DNA from: a virus | DNA: 54,165 nucleotides | Strand: one strand, 5' to 3' | Virus record (IMG/VR): IMGVR_UViG_3300000101_000006 | Coordinates: 73,267 to 127,431 of that record | Part shown: piece after piece, positions 19,491 to 28,044 of the stretch | Position numbering within the stretch: position 1 is the first letter of the stretch | Layout: each line of letters begins with the position of its first letter | Made by a program: the position numbers and the translations under genes | Notes under the pieces: model-generated | What the model saw: the letters and a program-made list of their open reading frames with translations, nothing else | The model's database searches: none | What the model was told of the DNA's origin: nothing

Positions 19491-19894
19491 TTTTATTGCT
19501 AATTTCATTAGTCTCCGCGCAGCCGCTTATGACCTCTCTCGATGAAGGTCAGGCGGCTCCTTTTGGTGGCAGACTATTCAACGACGAAGCAGTTGCTTCA
19601 ATAATAGCAGGTAAAGAGTTCGCAGAGCAACAATGCGAGATCCAAATGTCTCTAGACTATTCTCTTCAATTAGCGGAAAAACAACTCCAGATTGACTATT
19701 TAGGCATTGAAAAGGAAACTTTGCAAAAGAAGCACGATGCCTTGATTGAAATTCGAGATCAAGAAATCCAATCCTTGCGCAAACACATCAACCCGAAAAG
19801 ATCTATGTGGGTCTTTTTTGGTGGGTTTACATTAGGAACAGCATCTTCTCTTGCGACATATTACGCAGTGGTGGGAATAAATGATACGAATTAG
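19487..19894 (+). CDS. exported coiled-coil protein with C-terminal hydrophobic segment
   Basis: Signal peptide MILLLISLVSA, coiled coil, WVFFGGFTLG tail. Confidence 0.5.
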   Translation: MILLLISLVSAQPLMTSLDEGQAAPFGGRLFNDEAVASIIAGKEFAEQQCEIQMSLDYSLQLAEKQLQIDYLGIEKETLQKKHDALIEIRDQEIQSLRKHINPKRSMWVFFGGFTLGTASSLATYYAVVGINDTN

Positions 19895-20309
19895 ATTAAA
19901 AAGAATGACTCAAAAGATAGTCGACATGGTTTGTCCAAAACCAACACAAGATCTAGAGCTGAATACAAGAAATAGAGACTCGGCAATCAAAGCTGAGCAT
20001 ATTAAGTACGGTCCTTTGAATGTCGATGATCCCGGAGACTATTGGAATGAAATAGCAGAACACTGGGATACAGACGTGGATGCAGCAAAGAAGTCGCTTT
20101 GTGGGAATTGTGTTGCTTTCGATATAAGCCCCAGAATGGATGAGTGTATGCCCGGCACAACATCTGATGATGATGGACGACTTGGCTACTGTTGGATGCA
20201 CAATTTTAAGTGTCACTCCGCTCGTAGCTGCTATACGTGGGCAAAAGGTGGACCTATCGAAGAAGATAAGGTTTCTTATGATTGGCAAAAACGAGGTGAA
20301 AGTGAATAA
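19881..20309 (+). CDS. Cys-rich hypothetical protein (metal/Fe-S binding?)
   Basis: CGNC..C..GYCW..FKCH..SC..W. Confidence 0.6.
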   Translation: MIRIRLKRMTQKIVDMVCPKPTQDLELNTRNRDSAIKAEHIKYGPLNVDDPGDYWNEIAEHWDTDVDAAKKSLCGNCVAFDISPRMDECMPGTTSDDDGRLGYCWMHNFKCHSARSCYTWAKGGPIEEDKVSYDWQKRGESE

Positions 20310-20673
20310 GAAAGATCCAAATTATGCTGTGAAGGTTGAGAAAGCCATCGCAGAGAAATATGGCAAAGAAGCCATAGTAAATCCCAAGTCAGAATGGGAC
20401 GATGATAAAGAAAAAGAGTATCTAGCTGAACTAAAGAATAACTATCGCAATGATAAATCGGAAAGCGAAAGAGTTGAGCTTGGTGGAGTTTTAATATCAA
20501 AAGAACTACTTAATAAAGAATCCAAGCGTTCATGTCCAACCTGCAACACTTATTCATTCAAATCCGTTGATGACTTGTACATGACGAAATTTGATTGTTG
20601 CTACAAATGTTACATCCAATGGATAGAAGGTCGGGAAGAAAGATGGAAAAAAGGTTGGAGACCAAACAAATGA
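20302..20673 (+). CDS. hypothetical Zn-binding protein
   Basis: GTG start after GAGGTG SD; CPTC..CCYKC. Confidence 0.55.
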   Translation: MNKKDPNYAVKVEKAIAEKYGKEAIVNPKSEWDDDKEKEYLAELKNNYRNDKSESERVELGGVLISKELLNKESKRSCPTCNTYSFKSVDDLYMTKFDCCYKCYIQWIEGREERWKKGWRPNK

Positions 20674-21230
20674 GCAAAGAAACATTAGAAATTATTAGAG
20701 GACTTTCCCAAGCAGCAGCCAACGGTTCATACGATGGCGGCCAGCATATGGAAAACTACTCACACGACGGACAAGTTCGAAAGACAGGGCTTATGCGAGA
20801 AGAAGGAATTCCTCTTCTTGACAAGCGAGTCATCGACGGCTTCAAGGTCAAGTTCTATGGGGACTCAATGATTATCAATTATCAATCCGATGTTATGATG
20901 AGAGATTTAAAGGATGATGGATTCGAAAATGAAATCGTAAGAACATTGAACGAAGTCAAGAAGTTCTTGCAAAAAGAATATAAGACAATCACCGGTAAAT
21001 CAGTATCTTTGTCTGCTAAAGGTGATCCACAAATTATCGTACAAACAACGTCTAGAGTTCGTACATTTGTGCAAGCATATCAACACTATAAGATTGGTGG
21101 CTTGAAGATGGATCAAATCAATGCGCCATCAGAAACCAACACTCGAGACATCACAAAGAAATTCTTAGAGACCGCAAAAGCAAAGCGCCCTCAAAATGAA
21201 AAGATCAACCCAAAGGATAATCAGAAATGA
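20670..21230 (+). CDS. hypothetical protein of the head-packaging cluster
   Basis: ATGA-coupled ORF with GGAG SD, 186 aa. Confidence 0.55.
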   Translation: MSKETLEIIRGLSQAAANGSYDGGQHMENYSHDGQVRKTGLMREEGIPLLDKRVIDGFKVKFYGDSMIINYQSDVMMRDLKDDGFENEIVRTLNEVKKFLQKEYKTITGKSVSLSAKGDPQIIVQTTSRVRTFVQAYQHYKIGGLKMDQINAPSETNTRDITKKFLETAKAKRPQNEKINPKDNQK

Positions 21231-21520
21231 AACTCACGAAAGAAACATTAAAGCAAATCATCAAAGAAGAGATGGAAGCTGCTCTGGAAGAGGGTGAATT
21301 TAAATCTCCAACATTTCAAGCAAAAGTGGATGCTGAGAGAAATAAAGATGCTATTGAACCTCTAGTCAACAAATATCAGACTGATCAAGATTATAAAGCT
21401 CCTCAGTATATTGATGACATCATGAGCGTTGCTCCTCAAATTACTCGTGAGCAAGCTATTGCCATAGCAGAATTGTTCTCTAGTGAAGTTGGAATGGAAG
21501 ACGAATACTATAGTAAGTAA
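21227..21520 (+). CDS. small protein with MKLTKE leader
   Basis: MKLTKETLKQIIKEE. Confidence 0.6.
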   Translation: MKLTKETLKQIIKEEMEAALEEGEFKSPTFQAKVDAERNKDAIEPLVNKYQTDQDYKAPQYIDDIMSVAPQITREQAIAIAELFSSEVGMEDEYYSK

Positions 21521-21594
21521 TGAAACTCACCAAAAATGAAATTCTTAGAACTCTCAAAACGAAAAAAATTAACCCAAAGGATAATCAGAAATGA
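21520..21594 (+). other. 24-codon chimeric junction ORF (terminase start + end of the 20670 gene)
   Basis: MKLTKNEILRTLKTKKINPKDNQK*; first 23 nt are identical to the terminase start and the 3' part repeats aacccaaaggataatcagaaatgaaact from ~21207-21234. Confidence 0.75.
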
Positions 21595-21947
21595 AACTAA
21601 CGAAAGAAACATTGAAGCGCATCATCAAAGAAGAGATGGAAGCTGTTATGGAATATAACAGAGAGCTCGTTGGCGGCGACTCCAGTCTGGATCGGATTGA
21701 AGGAATCAAGACTACACTATCTAAAGTTAACTTTACCAGCGACCCAGATGATCAGTTCATGTATAAACTGGCCAAGCAGCTTGGAGATAATCAATACGTC
21801 ATGATGCCTGATCGTGGAGATGGATTTCTCTTCGTCAAAGGACCAGATGGAACTCTTTTGTTTGCTGCGAATCATCGTAACAAACAACGCGCCACGGAAG
21901 CTCAAAAGGAATTGGAAGCAAAAGGATACAAAAAAGTAGACTTATAA
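21591..21947 (+). CDS. small protein with MKLTKE leader
   Basis: MKLTKETLKRIIKEE. Confidence 0.6.
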   Translation: MKLTKETLKRIIKEEMEAVMEYNRELVGGDSSLDRIEGIKTTLSKVNFTSDPDDQFMYKLAKQLGDNQYVMMPDRGDGFLFVKGPDGTLLFAANHRNKQRATEAQKELEAKGYKKVDL

Positions 21948-21955
21948 GAGGCTAG

Positions 21956-23533
21956 ATGAAACTCACCAAAAATGAAATCGTTAAAGAACTTGTAAAATGC
22001 GGAAAAGACCCTCAATATTTTATTGATAACTACTGCAAGATCTCCCATCCAATGCATGGGCAAATTCCTTTTAAGACTTATGACTATCAAAAGGACATGC
22101 TCAAGAACTTTAACGATTATCGTTTTAACGTAATACTAAAAGCAAGACAGCTTGGGATCTCAACCATCTCGGCTGCTTATGTTGCTTGGTTCATGCTGTT
22201 TCATCGAGAAAAGAATGTTCTCGTTATCGCAACGAAACTATCCACAGCGGTAAACCTCGTAAAGAAGGTCAAAATGATCTTCAAGAACCTTCCGTCTTGG
22301 ATGATGATCGCGAAAATTGCTACAGACAACAAGCAATCATTCGAGTTGACAAACGGCTCTCAAGTAAAGGCTGGAACCACATCAGGCGATGCTGGTCGTT
22401 CAGAAGCCCTGTCGCTTCTCATTATAGACGAGGCAGCGTTCGTTGATGGCCTCGAAGAGCTTTGGACGGGTCTTTACCCTACTTTGTCTACAGGGGGCCG
22501 CTGTATCGCTCTGAGCACCCCTAACGGCGTTGGAAACTGGTTTCACAAGTCCTACACTGAAGCTGAGAATGAGATGAATGATTTCTTTCCCACAAAGTTA
22601 ATGTGGGATGTCCACCCAGAAAGAGACGAAGAGTGGTTCTCAAAAGAGACGCGAAATATGTCCAAGAGACAAATAGCGCAGGAGCTTGAATGTTCATTTA
22701 ATGCATCAGGCGAAACAGTTATCAACCCTGAAGATTTACAGAGGATAAGCCACTTAGTTAAAGACCCAGTCTATAGAGCTGGGTATGATAGAAATTATTG
22801 GATTTGGGAAAAACACCAAGAAGGCATTCCCTATTTGTTAGTAGCGGACGTTGCCCGCGGCGATGGTGCAGACTTTAGTTGTTTCCACATTGTGAGAATC
22901 GACAACATGACCGTGGTCGCTGAATATCAGGGCAAGCCAGACTTGGATATGTATGCCGATATTTTATATTCTGCAGGAAATGAATACGGCAGTTGTCTAT
23001 TGGTAGTTGAAAATAACGGCATCGGCATTGCTGTATTGGAGAAGCTTAAGGACCTTGACTATAAGAAACTTTACTATTCTATCAAATCAACACATGATTA
23101 TGTCGAGTCCTATCTAGCCGAAAATGACGACAGAGCCGTACTTGGCTTTACAACATCAACCAAGACAAGACCCTTAATCGTAGCTAAATTGGAAGAATAC
23201 GTTAGAAACAAACTAATTAATATACACTCCAATCGTGTTTTTCACGAACTAAAAACTTTTATTTGGCACAACGGAAAGCCTCAAGCTATGCGCTCTTACA
23301 ATGATGATTTGGTTATGTCCCTCGCAATTGCATGTTGGGTACGCGACACGGCCCTCTCAGAAAACGAAAGAGATATGGCTTACAAAAAGGCAATGATCGG
23401 TGGTTTGATGAAGTCTACAACGACTATGAACACTCAAATCAAGGGCCAAAAGATCTATAAAGAAACGTTCGAGCAGAAATACGAGGAGGAGATAGAAAAA
23501 GCAAAAAACTTTTTGTGGATATACAAAGGATAA
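21956..23533 (+). CDS. terminase large subunit (T4 gp17-like)
   Basis: YQ motif, KARQLGIST Walker A, IIDEAAF Walker B, STPNG, QELEC, ADVARG nuclease Asp, DDLVMS. Confidence 0.96.
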   Translation: MKLTKNEIVKELVKCGKDPQYFIDNYCKISHPMHGQIPFKTYDYQKDMLKNFNDYRFNVILKARQLGISTISAAYVAWFMLFHREKNVLVIATKLSTAVNLVKKVKMIFKNLPSWMMIAKIATDNKQSFELTNGSQVKAGTTSGDAGRSEALSLLIIDEAAFVDGLEELWTGLYPTLSTGGRCIALSTPNGVGNWFHKSYTEAENEMNDFFPTKLMWDVHPERDEEWFSKETRNMSKRQIAQELECSFNASGETVINPEDLQRISHLVKDPVYRAGYDRNYWIWEKHQEGIPYLLVADVARGDGADFSCFHIVRIDNMTVVAEYQGKPDLDMYADILYSAGNEYGSCLLVVENNGIGIAVLEKLKDLDYKKLYYSIKSTHDYVESYLAENDDRAVLGFTTSTKTRPLIVAKLEEYVRNKLINIHSNRVFHELKTFIWHNGKPQAMRSYNDDLVMSLAIACWVRDTALSENERDMAYKKAMIGGLMKSTTTMNTQIKGQKIYKETFEQKYEEEIEKAKNFLWIYKG

Positions 23534-23536
23534 AAA

Positions 23537-25477
23537 ATGGCTCGCAACGAAAGAAACCCGAACAACAATCAAAACGACTTGTTCAAAGCTCTAACAAGAA
23601 TGTTCTCTGGACCTATAACTCAGAGAAGAACCCAATCAGGTAGACAATTAAGGCGGCGGCATTTAGATAATTACGCAAAAAGATTTAGAACCGCATCAGG
23701 TCAACAATTCAAAAAGACTGAATATAATCCAATGAACGTCATGGCCTTGAACATGATTACAAATAGAAATCGTACTGAGCGATATGTTGACTTTGACCAA
23801 ATGGAATTTACACCAGAGATCGCATCATCTCTTGATATCTATGCAGACGAGATGACAACCCACTCGGCTCTAACTCCAATGTTGCACATTAAGTGTCCGA
23901 ATGATGAAATTAAATACATCCTTCATGCACTATATTATAATGTAATGAACATCGAACACAACCTCTTTGGTTGGGCAAGAACCATGTGCAAGTACGGAGA
24001 CATGTTTTTATACTTGGATCTAGACGAAGAGAAGGGTCTGCAAAACTGCATTGGACTTCCTCCACAAGAAGTTGAAAGACTTGAGGGTGAAGATCCAACA
24101 AACCCAAATTATGTCCAGTTCCAATGGAACTCAGCAGGTTTGACTCTAGAGAATTGGCAAATGGCCCACTTTCGAGTCCTTGGAAACGACAAGCATGCTC
24201 CATACGGAACATCAGCTTTAGAGCCCTCTAGACGCATCTGGAGACAACTTACGCTTCTCGAAGACGCAATGATGGCCTATCGCATTACTCGATCACCAGA
24301 GCGACGTGTGTTTAAGATTGATGTTGGCGGTATCGCACCACAAGATGTGGAAGGATACATGCAAAAAGTTATGACACAAATGAAGCGACACCAAGTTGTG
24401 GACCCCACCTCGGGCCGTGTAGACTTGCGTTATAATCCACTATCAATTGAGGAAGATTACTTCATTCCCGTCAAAGGCGGACAATCATCTACAAACATTG
24501 AGAACCTACCCGGTGGTGCATTCACAGCACAAATCGAAGACGTTAAGTATCTTCGAGACAAATTGTTCTCGGCATTGAAAGTTCCACAATCTTATCTTTC
24601 AATGGGAGATGGTGCTAGTACCGAAGACAAGACAACACTCGCACAGAAAGACATTAGGTTCGCAAGAACAATTCAGAGACTACAGAGAGTCTTGATTACT
24701 GAACTTGAGAAGATCGGAATCATCCATCTTTATACTCTCGGCTATCGTGGCGATGACCTGCTAGGCTTTAAACTATCTCTCAATAATCCATCAAAAATCG
24801 CAGAGATGCAAGAGCTTGAACACTGGAAGACTAAGTTTGATATCGCCGGAGCAGCAACTGAGGGATACTTTTCTCGTCGTTGGGTTTCAGAAAATCTGCT
24901 TGGATTATCACAAGATGAATATTTGCGAATGCAAAGAGAAATGTTCTCAGACAAGAAGTTCATGGCTGGTCTTGAGGCCGCCGCTTCTGCACCAGAAGGC
25001 GGTGACGCCGGTGGTGGTGACCTTGGAGGAGATCTTGGAGGAGACCTAGGTGGTGATTTAGGTGGTGATTTAGGTGGTGATGATGCCGGAGGAGATCTTG
25101 GCGGAGACACAGGTGGAGATACAGGCGGAGACACAGGTGGAGATACAGGTGGAGATGAACCAGACCTATTGGCTGAACCTCCAGCTAAGCGTGACGACGA
25201 CGCAAAACCTCGAGGCAAATACAAAAGACACAAATCTTCTTATCGCAAAGGCGGCTTCTCAAAGCAAATGAAGAACCAAGCCTTTAGCGGCGAAGTTCGT
25301 GGATCAACCTCCAGAACAACATTTCCCGGAAAAGTCGGCTTCGGCGGATTGGATTCTCTAGCTAGAGGGATTTACGAATCAAATGAAAACGAAGAAGAGA
25401 AACTATTTAACACAAGTAGTGAGATGAAATCACTAATTGAATCATTGAACAAAAAGGAAAATACAGATGAAACATAA
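23537..25477 (+). CDS. portal protein (T4 gp20-like)
   Basis: LLEDAMMAYRITRSPERRVFKIDVG, EDYFIP, LPGG, DVKYLRDKLFSALKVP, DIRFARTIQRLQ. Confidence 0.95.
   Translation: MARNERNPNNNQNDLFKALTRMFSGPITQRRTQSGRQLRRRHLDNYAKRFRTASGQQFKKTEYNPMNVMALNMITNRNRTERYVDFDQMEFTPEIASSLDIYADEMTTHSALTPMLHIKCPNDEIKYILHALYYNVMNIEHNLFGWARTMCKYGDMFLYLDLDEEKGLQNCIGLPPQEVERLEGEDPTNPNYVQFQWNSAGLTLENWQMAHFRVLGNDKHAPYGTSALEPSRRIWRQLTLLEDAMMAYRITRSPERRVFKIDVGGIAPQDVEGYMQKVMTQMKRHQVVDPTSGRVDLRYNPLSIEEDYFIPVKGGQSSTNIENLPGGAFTAQIEDVKYLRDKLFSALKVPQSYLSMGDGASTEDKTTLAQKDIRFARTIQRLQRVLITELEKIGIIHLYTLGYRGDDLLGFKLSLNNPSKIAEMQELEHWKTKFDIAGAATEGYFSRRWVSENLLGLSQDEYLRMQREMFSDKKFMAGLEAAASAPEGGDAGGGDLGGDLGGDLGGDLGGDLGGDDAGGDLGGDTGGDTGGDTGGDTGGDEPDLLAEPPAKRDDDAKPRGKYKRHKSSYRKGGFSKQMKNQAFSGEVRGSTSRTTFPGKVGFGGLDSLARGIYESNENEEEKLFNTSSEMKSLIESLNKKENTDET
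24998..25156 (+). repeat. 12-bp tandem coding repeat GGD[L/T/A] in the portal C-terminus
   Basis: About 13 GGDx units. Confidence 0.85.
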
Positions 25478-26282
25478 TAAGAAAAGAAATACCGCTTTTC
25501 TTTACGAATGTCTGATTCGTGAATTAACAAAAGCAATTTTACAAGAAGACAAAATGAGACAGTCAAAAGTCAAGGGTCTTTTACGCGAATTCTATACAAA
25601 AGGAAAGCCTCTTTCGAAAGAGTTGGATCTATACAAGTCGCTCTTAGAAAGCAAGTCGCTTAAGCAAGACTTCTCAAAGAGACTCATGGTCGAGACAAAG
25701 AAAGACTTCGATAACCTAAACAGGAAAGATATCTTCAACGAACAAACCTCGTTGATCAACAAGATCAACAAGGCCTTGGGCAACAAAGCGTTTTCAAACT
25801 TTGTTCCAAACTATAAAGACATCGCGACAATAGGTCTATACTTTCAAAACTCAAACCTTGGAGCAAAAAAGAGAATCATGCTCGAAGACAAAGTGGTAAG
25901 TTTTCTTACTAGATTGGACGAAAACCAAACAGAAATGAAACCAGTTGATCAACTTGAGTTTAAAATGTTTGTCAAAAGATTCAACAACACATACCAACAC
26001 TCTTTACTTAAAGAACAGAAAGAACTGCTAAGCAATTTTATAGTGTCTTTTTCCGACAATGGACTGGGCCTGAAGTCTTATCTAAATGATGAAATCGGTC
26101 GCCTCAAGGAAGCCGTTGCTACCGAAATTGTAGAAGGAAGCGTTTCGCCTATAAATGAAAATTTCAAGAAAGTTAGAGCAAAGCTGGATGGTTATGCGAA
26201 AACTCCTTTAAATTCGAAGATTATTGAAGAAATATTTTATATTCAAGATCTCTTAGCGGAGGTAAAGCGAAATGTCAATTAG
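25467..26282 (+). CDS. helical head-assembly-region protein
   Basis: MKHNKKRNTAFLYE; directly follows the portal; ACTATTTA at 25402. Confidence 0.55.
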   Translation: MKHNKKRNTAFLYECLIRELTKAILQEDKMRQSKVKGLLREFYTKGKPLSKELDLYKSLLESKSLKQDFSKRLMVETKKDFDNLNRKDIFNEQTSLINKINKALGNKAFSNFVPNYKDIATIGLYFQNSNLGAKKRIMLEDKVVSFLTRLDENQTEMKPVDQLEFKMFVKRFNNTYQHSLLKEQKELLSNFIVSFSDNGLGLKSYLNDEIGRLKEAVATEIVEGSVSPINENFKKVRAKLDGYAKTPLNSKIIEEIFYIQDLLAEVKRNVN

Positions 26283-26850
26283 TATTAATGTGGTAGATAA
26301 TGAAGAACAGGTTGACCCAGTAGATACTCCGGATGATGGGATTACCATCAATGTTGTTGAAAAAGATAGAATTGAAGCAAAATTAAAACTTCGATCCTCC
26401 ATCAATGGCGACTTGATGATTATGGACCACAAAGACATTGATATCGTAATAAAGCAAAATGATAAGAAAGTCGTGGCTTTTGCGAAAGAAACTTTATCCG
26501 ATCTTGTCTATGGTGCCGAATCTAGATTGTTCGAATACTTGAGACAGAATGGTTTGATAGAAATAGATTCAATCCAAGGCGGTAACATTTATGGTTCGCT
26601 TGAGGCTAAGTTACAAGAAGGCGAAAAGGTTGTGGAGATTACAATAATGAAGATAGCCGAGTGGATGGAAGGCGAAGAGCCCATGACCACAGGACGAACT
26701 GGATATGACGATATGCAAGATGACCATTTGTTAGAACCAGATGGGGAATATTCTACAGAACTTGGAGAGGTACCAGCAGCCGAAAGAAAGGGTTCGATGA
26801 ACCAGAGTCCTCTTTTCGCACCATACATGTATGGGAGATATGCATACTAA
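26272..26850 (+). CDS. acidic hypothetical protein
   Basis: 192 aa; GGAGGT SD. Confidence 0.55.
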   Translation: MSISINVVDNEEQVDPVDTPDDGITINVVEKDRIEAKLKLRSSINGDLMIMDHKDIDIVIKQNDKKVVAFAKETLSDLVYGAESRLFEYLRQNGLIEIDSIQGGNIYGSLEAKLQEGEKVVEITIMKIAEWMEGEEPMTTGRTGYDDMQDDHLLEPDGEYSTELGEVPAAERKGSMNQSPLFAPYMYGRYAY

Positions 26851-27584
26851 TGAATCAAAAGCTTATCATGGAAAATTGGAGACGCTTTCTCAAAGAAGAA
26901 AAAAAGAGAGGCATCCGCCTAGGTGATGAAGTTGTCTGCCTGAGAGCAGAGATTAGTCCCAAAAGCGATGCAGAGTTCACACTCTATACTCCAGGAACTG
27001 GAACAGAAACAGCCGAGAAGATCGCAGGATTAGAAATAATTGGCCAAATAAACATATCAAGTCTTAAAAGTAGTGGACCATGCCTGACGGCAGATGGGAA
27101 GAAACCATCTTGGCACGTAGAAGCAATCCACACAGCAGAGAAGTATAGAAACGTCGGCTACGGTGGTCTGCTTTATGGGTTTGCATTTTATGTAGCAAAG
27201 AATGATAACGCCGGTCTCACATCAGACAAAGACTCGGGATCAAAAGAAGACGCTGTTATCAAGTGGAATTCATTCGAGAAGAATACTCAAACGTTTGATA
27301 AGGTAACGACTCCTGCTGGTAACGATACTTTTGACTATGATAGTACAACTCCAGATCCAGACGATGATTGTGACGTATTGGTTGGCGATGAAGAAAATGC
27401 TACCGACTTTAGTTTCGACCACAAGAATCCCCAAATCTACGAACAGTCAATGGCGACCTACGAAGGGAACCACATGGAATTCCTTGATGAGGTAGTTGAC
27501 TCTGGTTTTATGAGCGAGAGAGAGTTCAATAAGTTTTTGGACCAAGCCGCTTTCAAGAGCTTTGCAATCGAATACGACGGCTAA
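26850..27584 (+). CDS. GNAT-like acetyltransferase with a helical leader
   Basis: VEAIHTAEKYRNVGYGGLLY (motif A, R..G.G) ..LTSD..A...W; leader MNQKLIMENWRRFLKEE. Confidence 0.55.
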   Translation: MNQKLIMENWRRFLKEEKKRGIRLGDEVVCLRAEISPKSDAEFTLYTPGTGTETAEKIAGLEIIGQINISSLKSSGPCLTADGKKPSWHVEAIHTAEKYRNVGYGGLLYGFAFYVAKNDNAGLTSDKDSGSKEDAVIKWNSFEKNTQTFDKVTTPAGNDTFDYDSTTPDPDDDCDVLVGDEENATDFSFDHKNPQIYEQSMATYEGNHMEFLDEVVDSGFMSEREFNKFLDQAAFKSFAIEYDG

Positions 27585-27599
27585 CAACAAGAGGTCCGC

Positions 27600-27929
27600 T
27601 TGGAACTTTTACATTTTATTTTAGCCGCATACGGCATGACGTTTATGATTGTCTATGGAAAAATCTTTGAAGACATCCGTCCCAAGAAAGACTACACAAA
27701 GAAATGGAACACTCTATGGAACTGTCCATTGTGCGTCGGTTTTCACGTAGGTTGGGTTTTAATGCTCCTTTCCCCATTTACGGAACTATTTAGTTTCGAG
27801 TATTCTTTCGGGAATGCATTTGTTCTTGGTTGCATTTCAGCCGGAACATCTTATTTAATTTCGGTCTTAGTCGATGATTTTGGACTAAGGCTATCATCGA
27901 GACCAGGGGGTGATTATGTCGATGATTAG
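27600..27929 (+). CDS. small membrane protein with CxxC (DUF1360-like)
   Basis: TTG start after GAGG; three hydrophobic segments; CPLCVGFHVG. Confidence 0.6.
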   Translation: MELLHFILAAYGMTFMIVYGKIFEDIRPKKDYTKKWNTLWNCPLCVGFHVGWVLMLLSPFTELFSFEYSFGNAFVLGCISAGTSYLISVLVDDFGLRLSSRPGGDYVDD

Positions 27930-27978
27930 TACGCGCTGGATGTTACAACCAGTTCGTCGCTGCTGCTCAGGTTCGTAG
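27916..27978 (+). CDS. 20-aa peptide MSMISTRWMLQPVRRCCSGS (possible leader peptide)
   Basis: GGGGGTGA SD; overlaps the end of the upstream gene; followed by hairpins. Confidence 0.45.
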   Translation: MSMISTRWMLQPVRRCCSGS

Positions 27979-28001
27979 CGCAAGCGGGTAACGCCCGCTA
28001 A

Positions 28002-28031
28002 GGGTGGAGCCTAGCTCTGCCCACCTTTTTT
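28002..28031 (+). terminator. hairpin plus U-tract before the prohead protease
   Basis: GGGTGGAGC-CTA-GCTCTGCCC, then ACC and T6. Confidence 0.55.
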
Positions 28032-28044
28032 ATTGGAGAGAAGA

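Noticed and set aside
19695-19702. ACTATTTA copies inside coding regions (also 9331, 13924)
   Set aside because: Could be chance in AT-rich coding DNA; not counted as promoters without TSS data
24742-25233. Minus-strand Pro/Ser-rich ORF and possible CRISPR-like periodicity
   Set aside because: Antisense of the GGDx coding repeat; 12-bp tandem units with no spacers
27976-28014. Genome-wide TAG recoding, suggested by two in-frame TAGs before the protease
   Set aside because: TAG ends several normal genes (10492, 12737, 14077, 46271) and core genes are intact in the standard code
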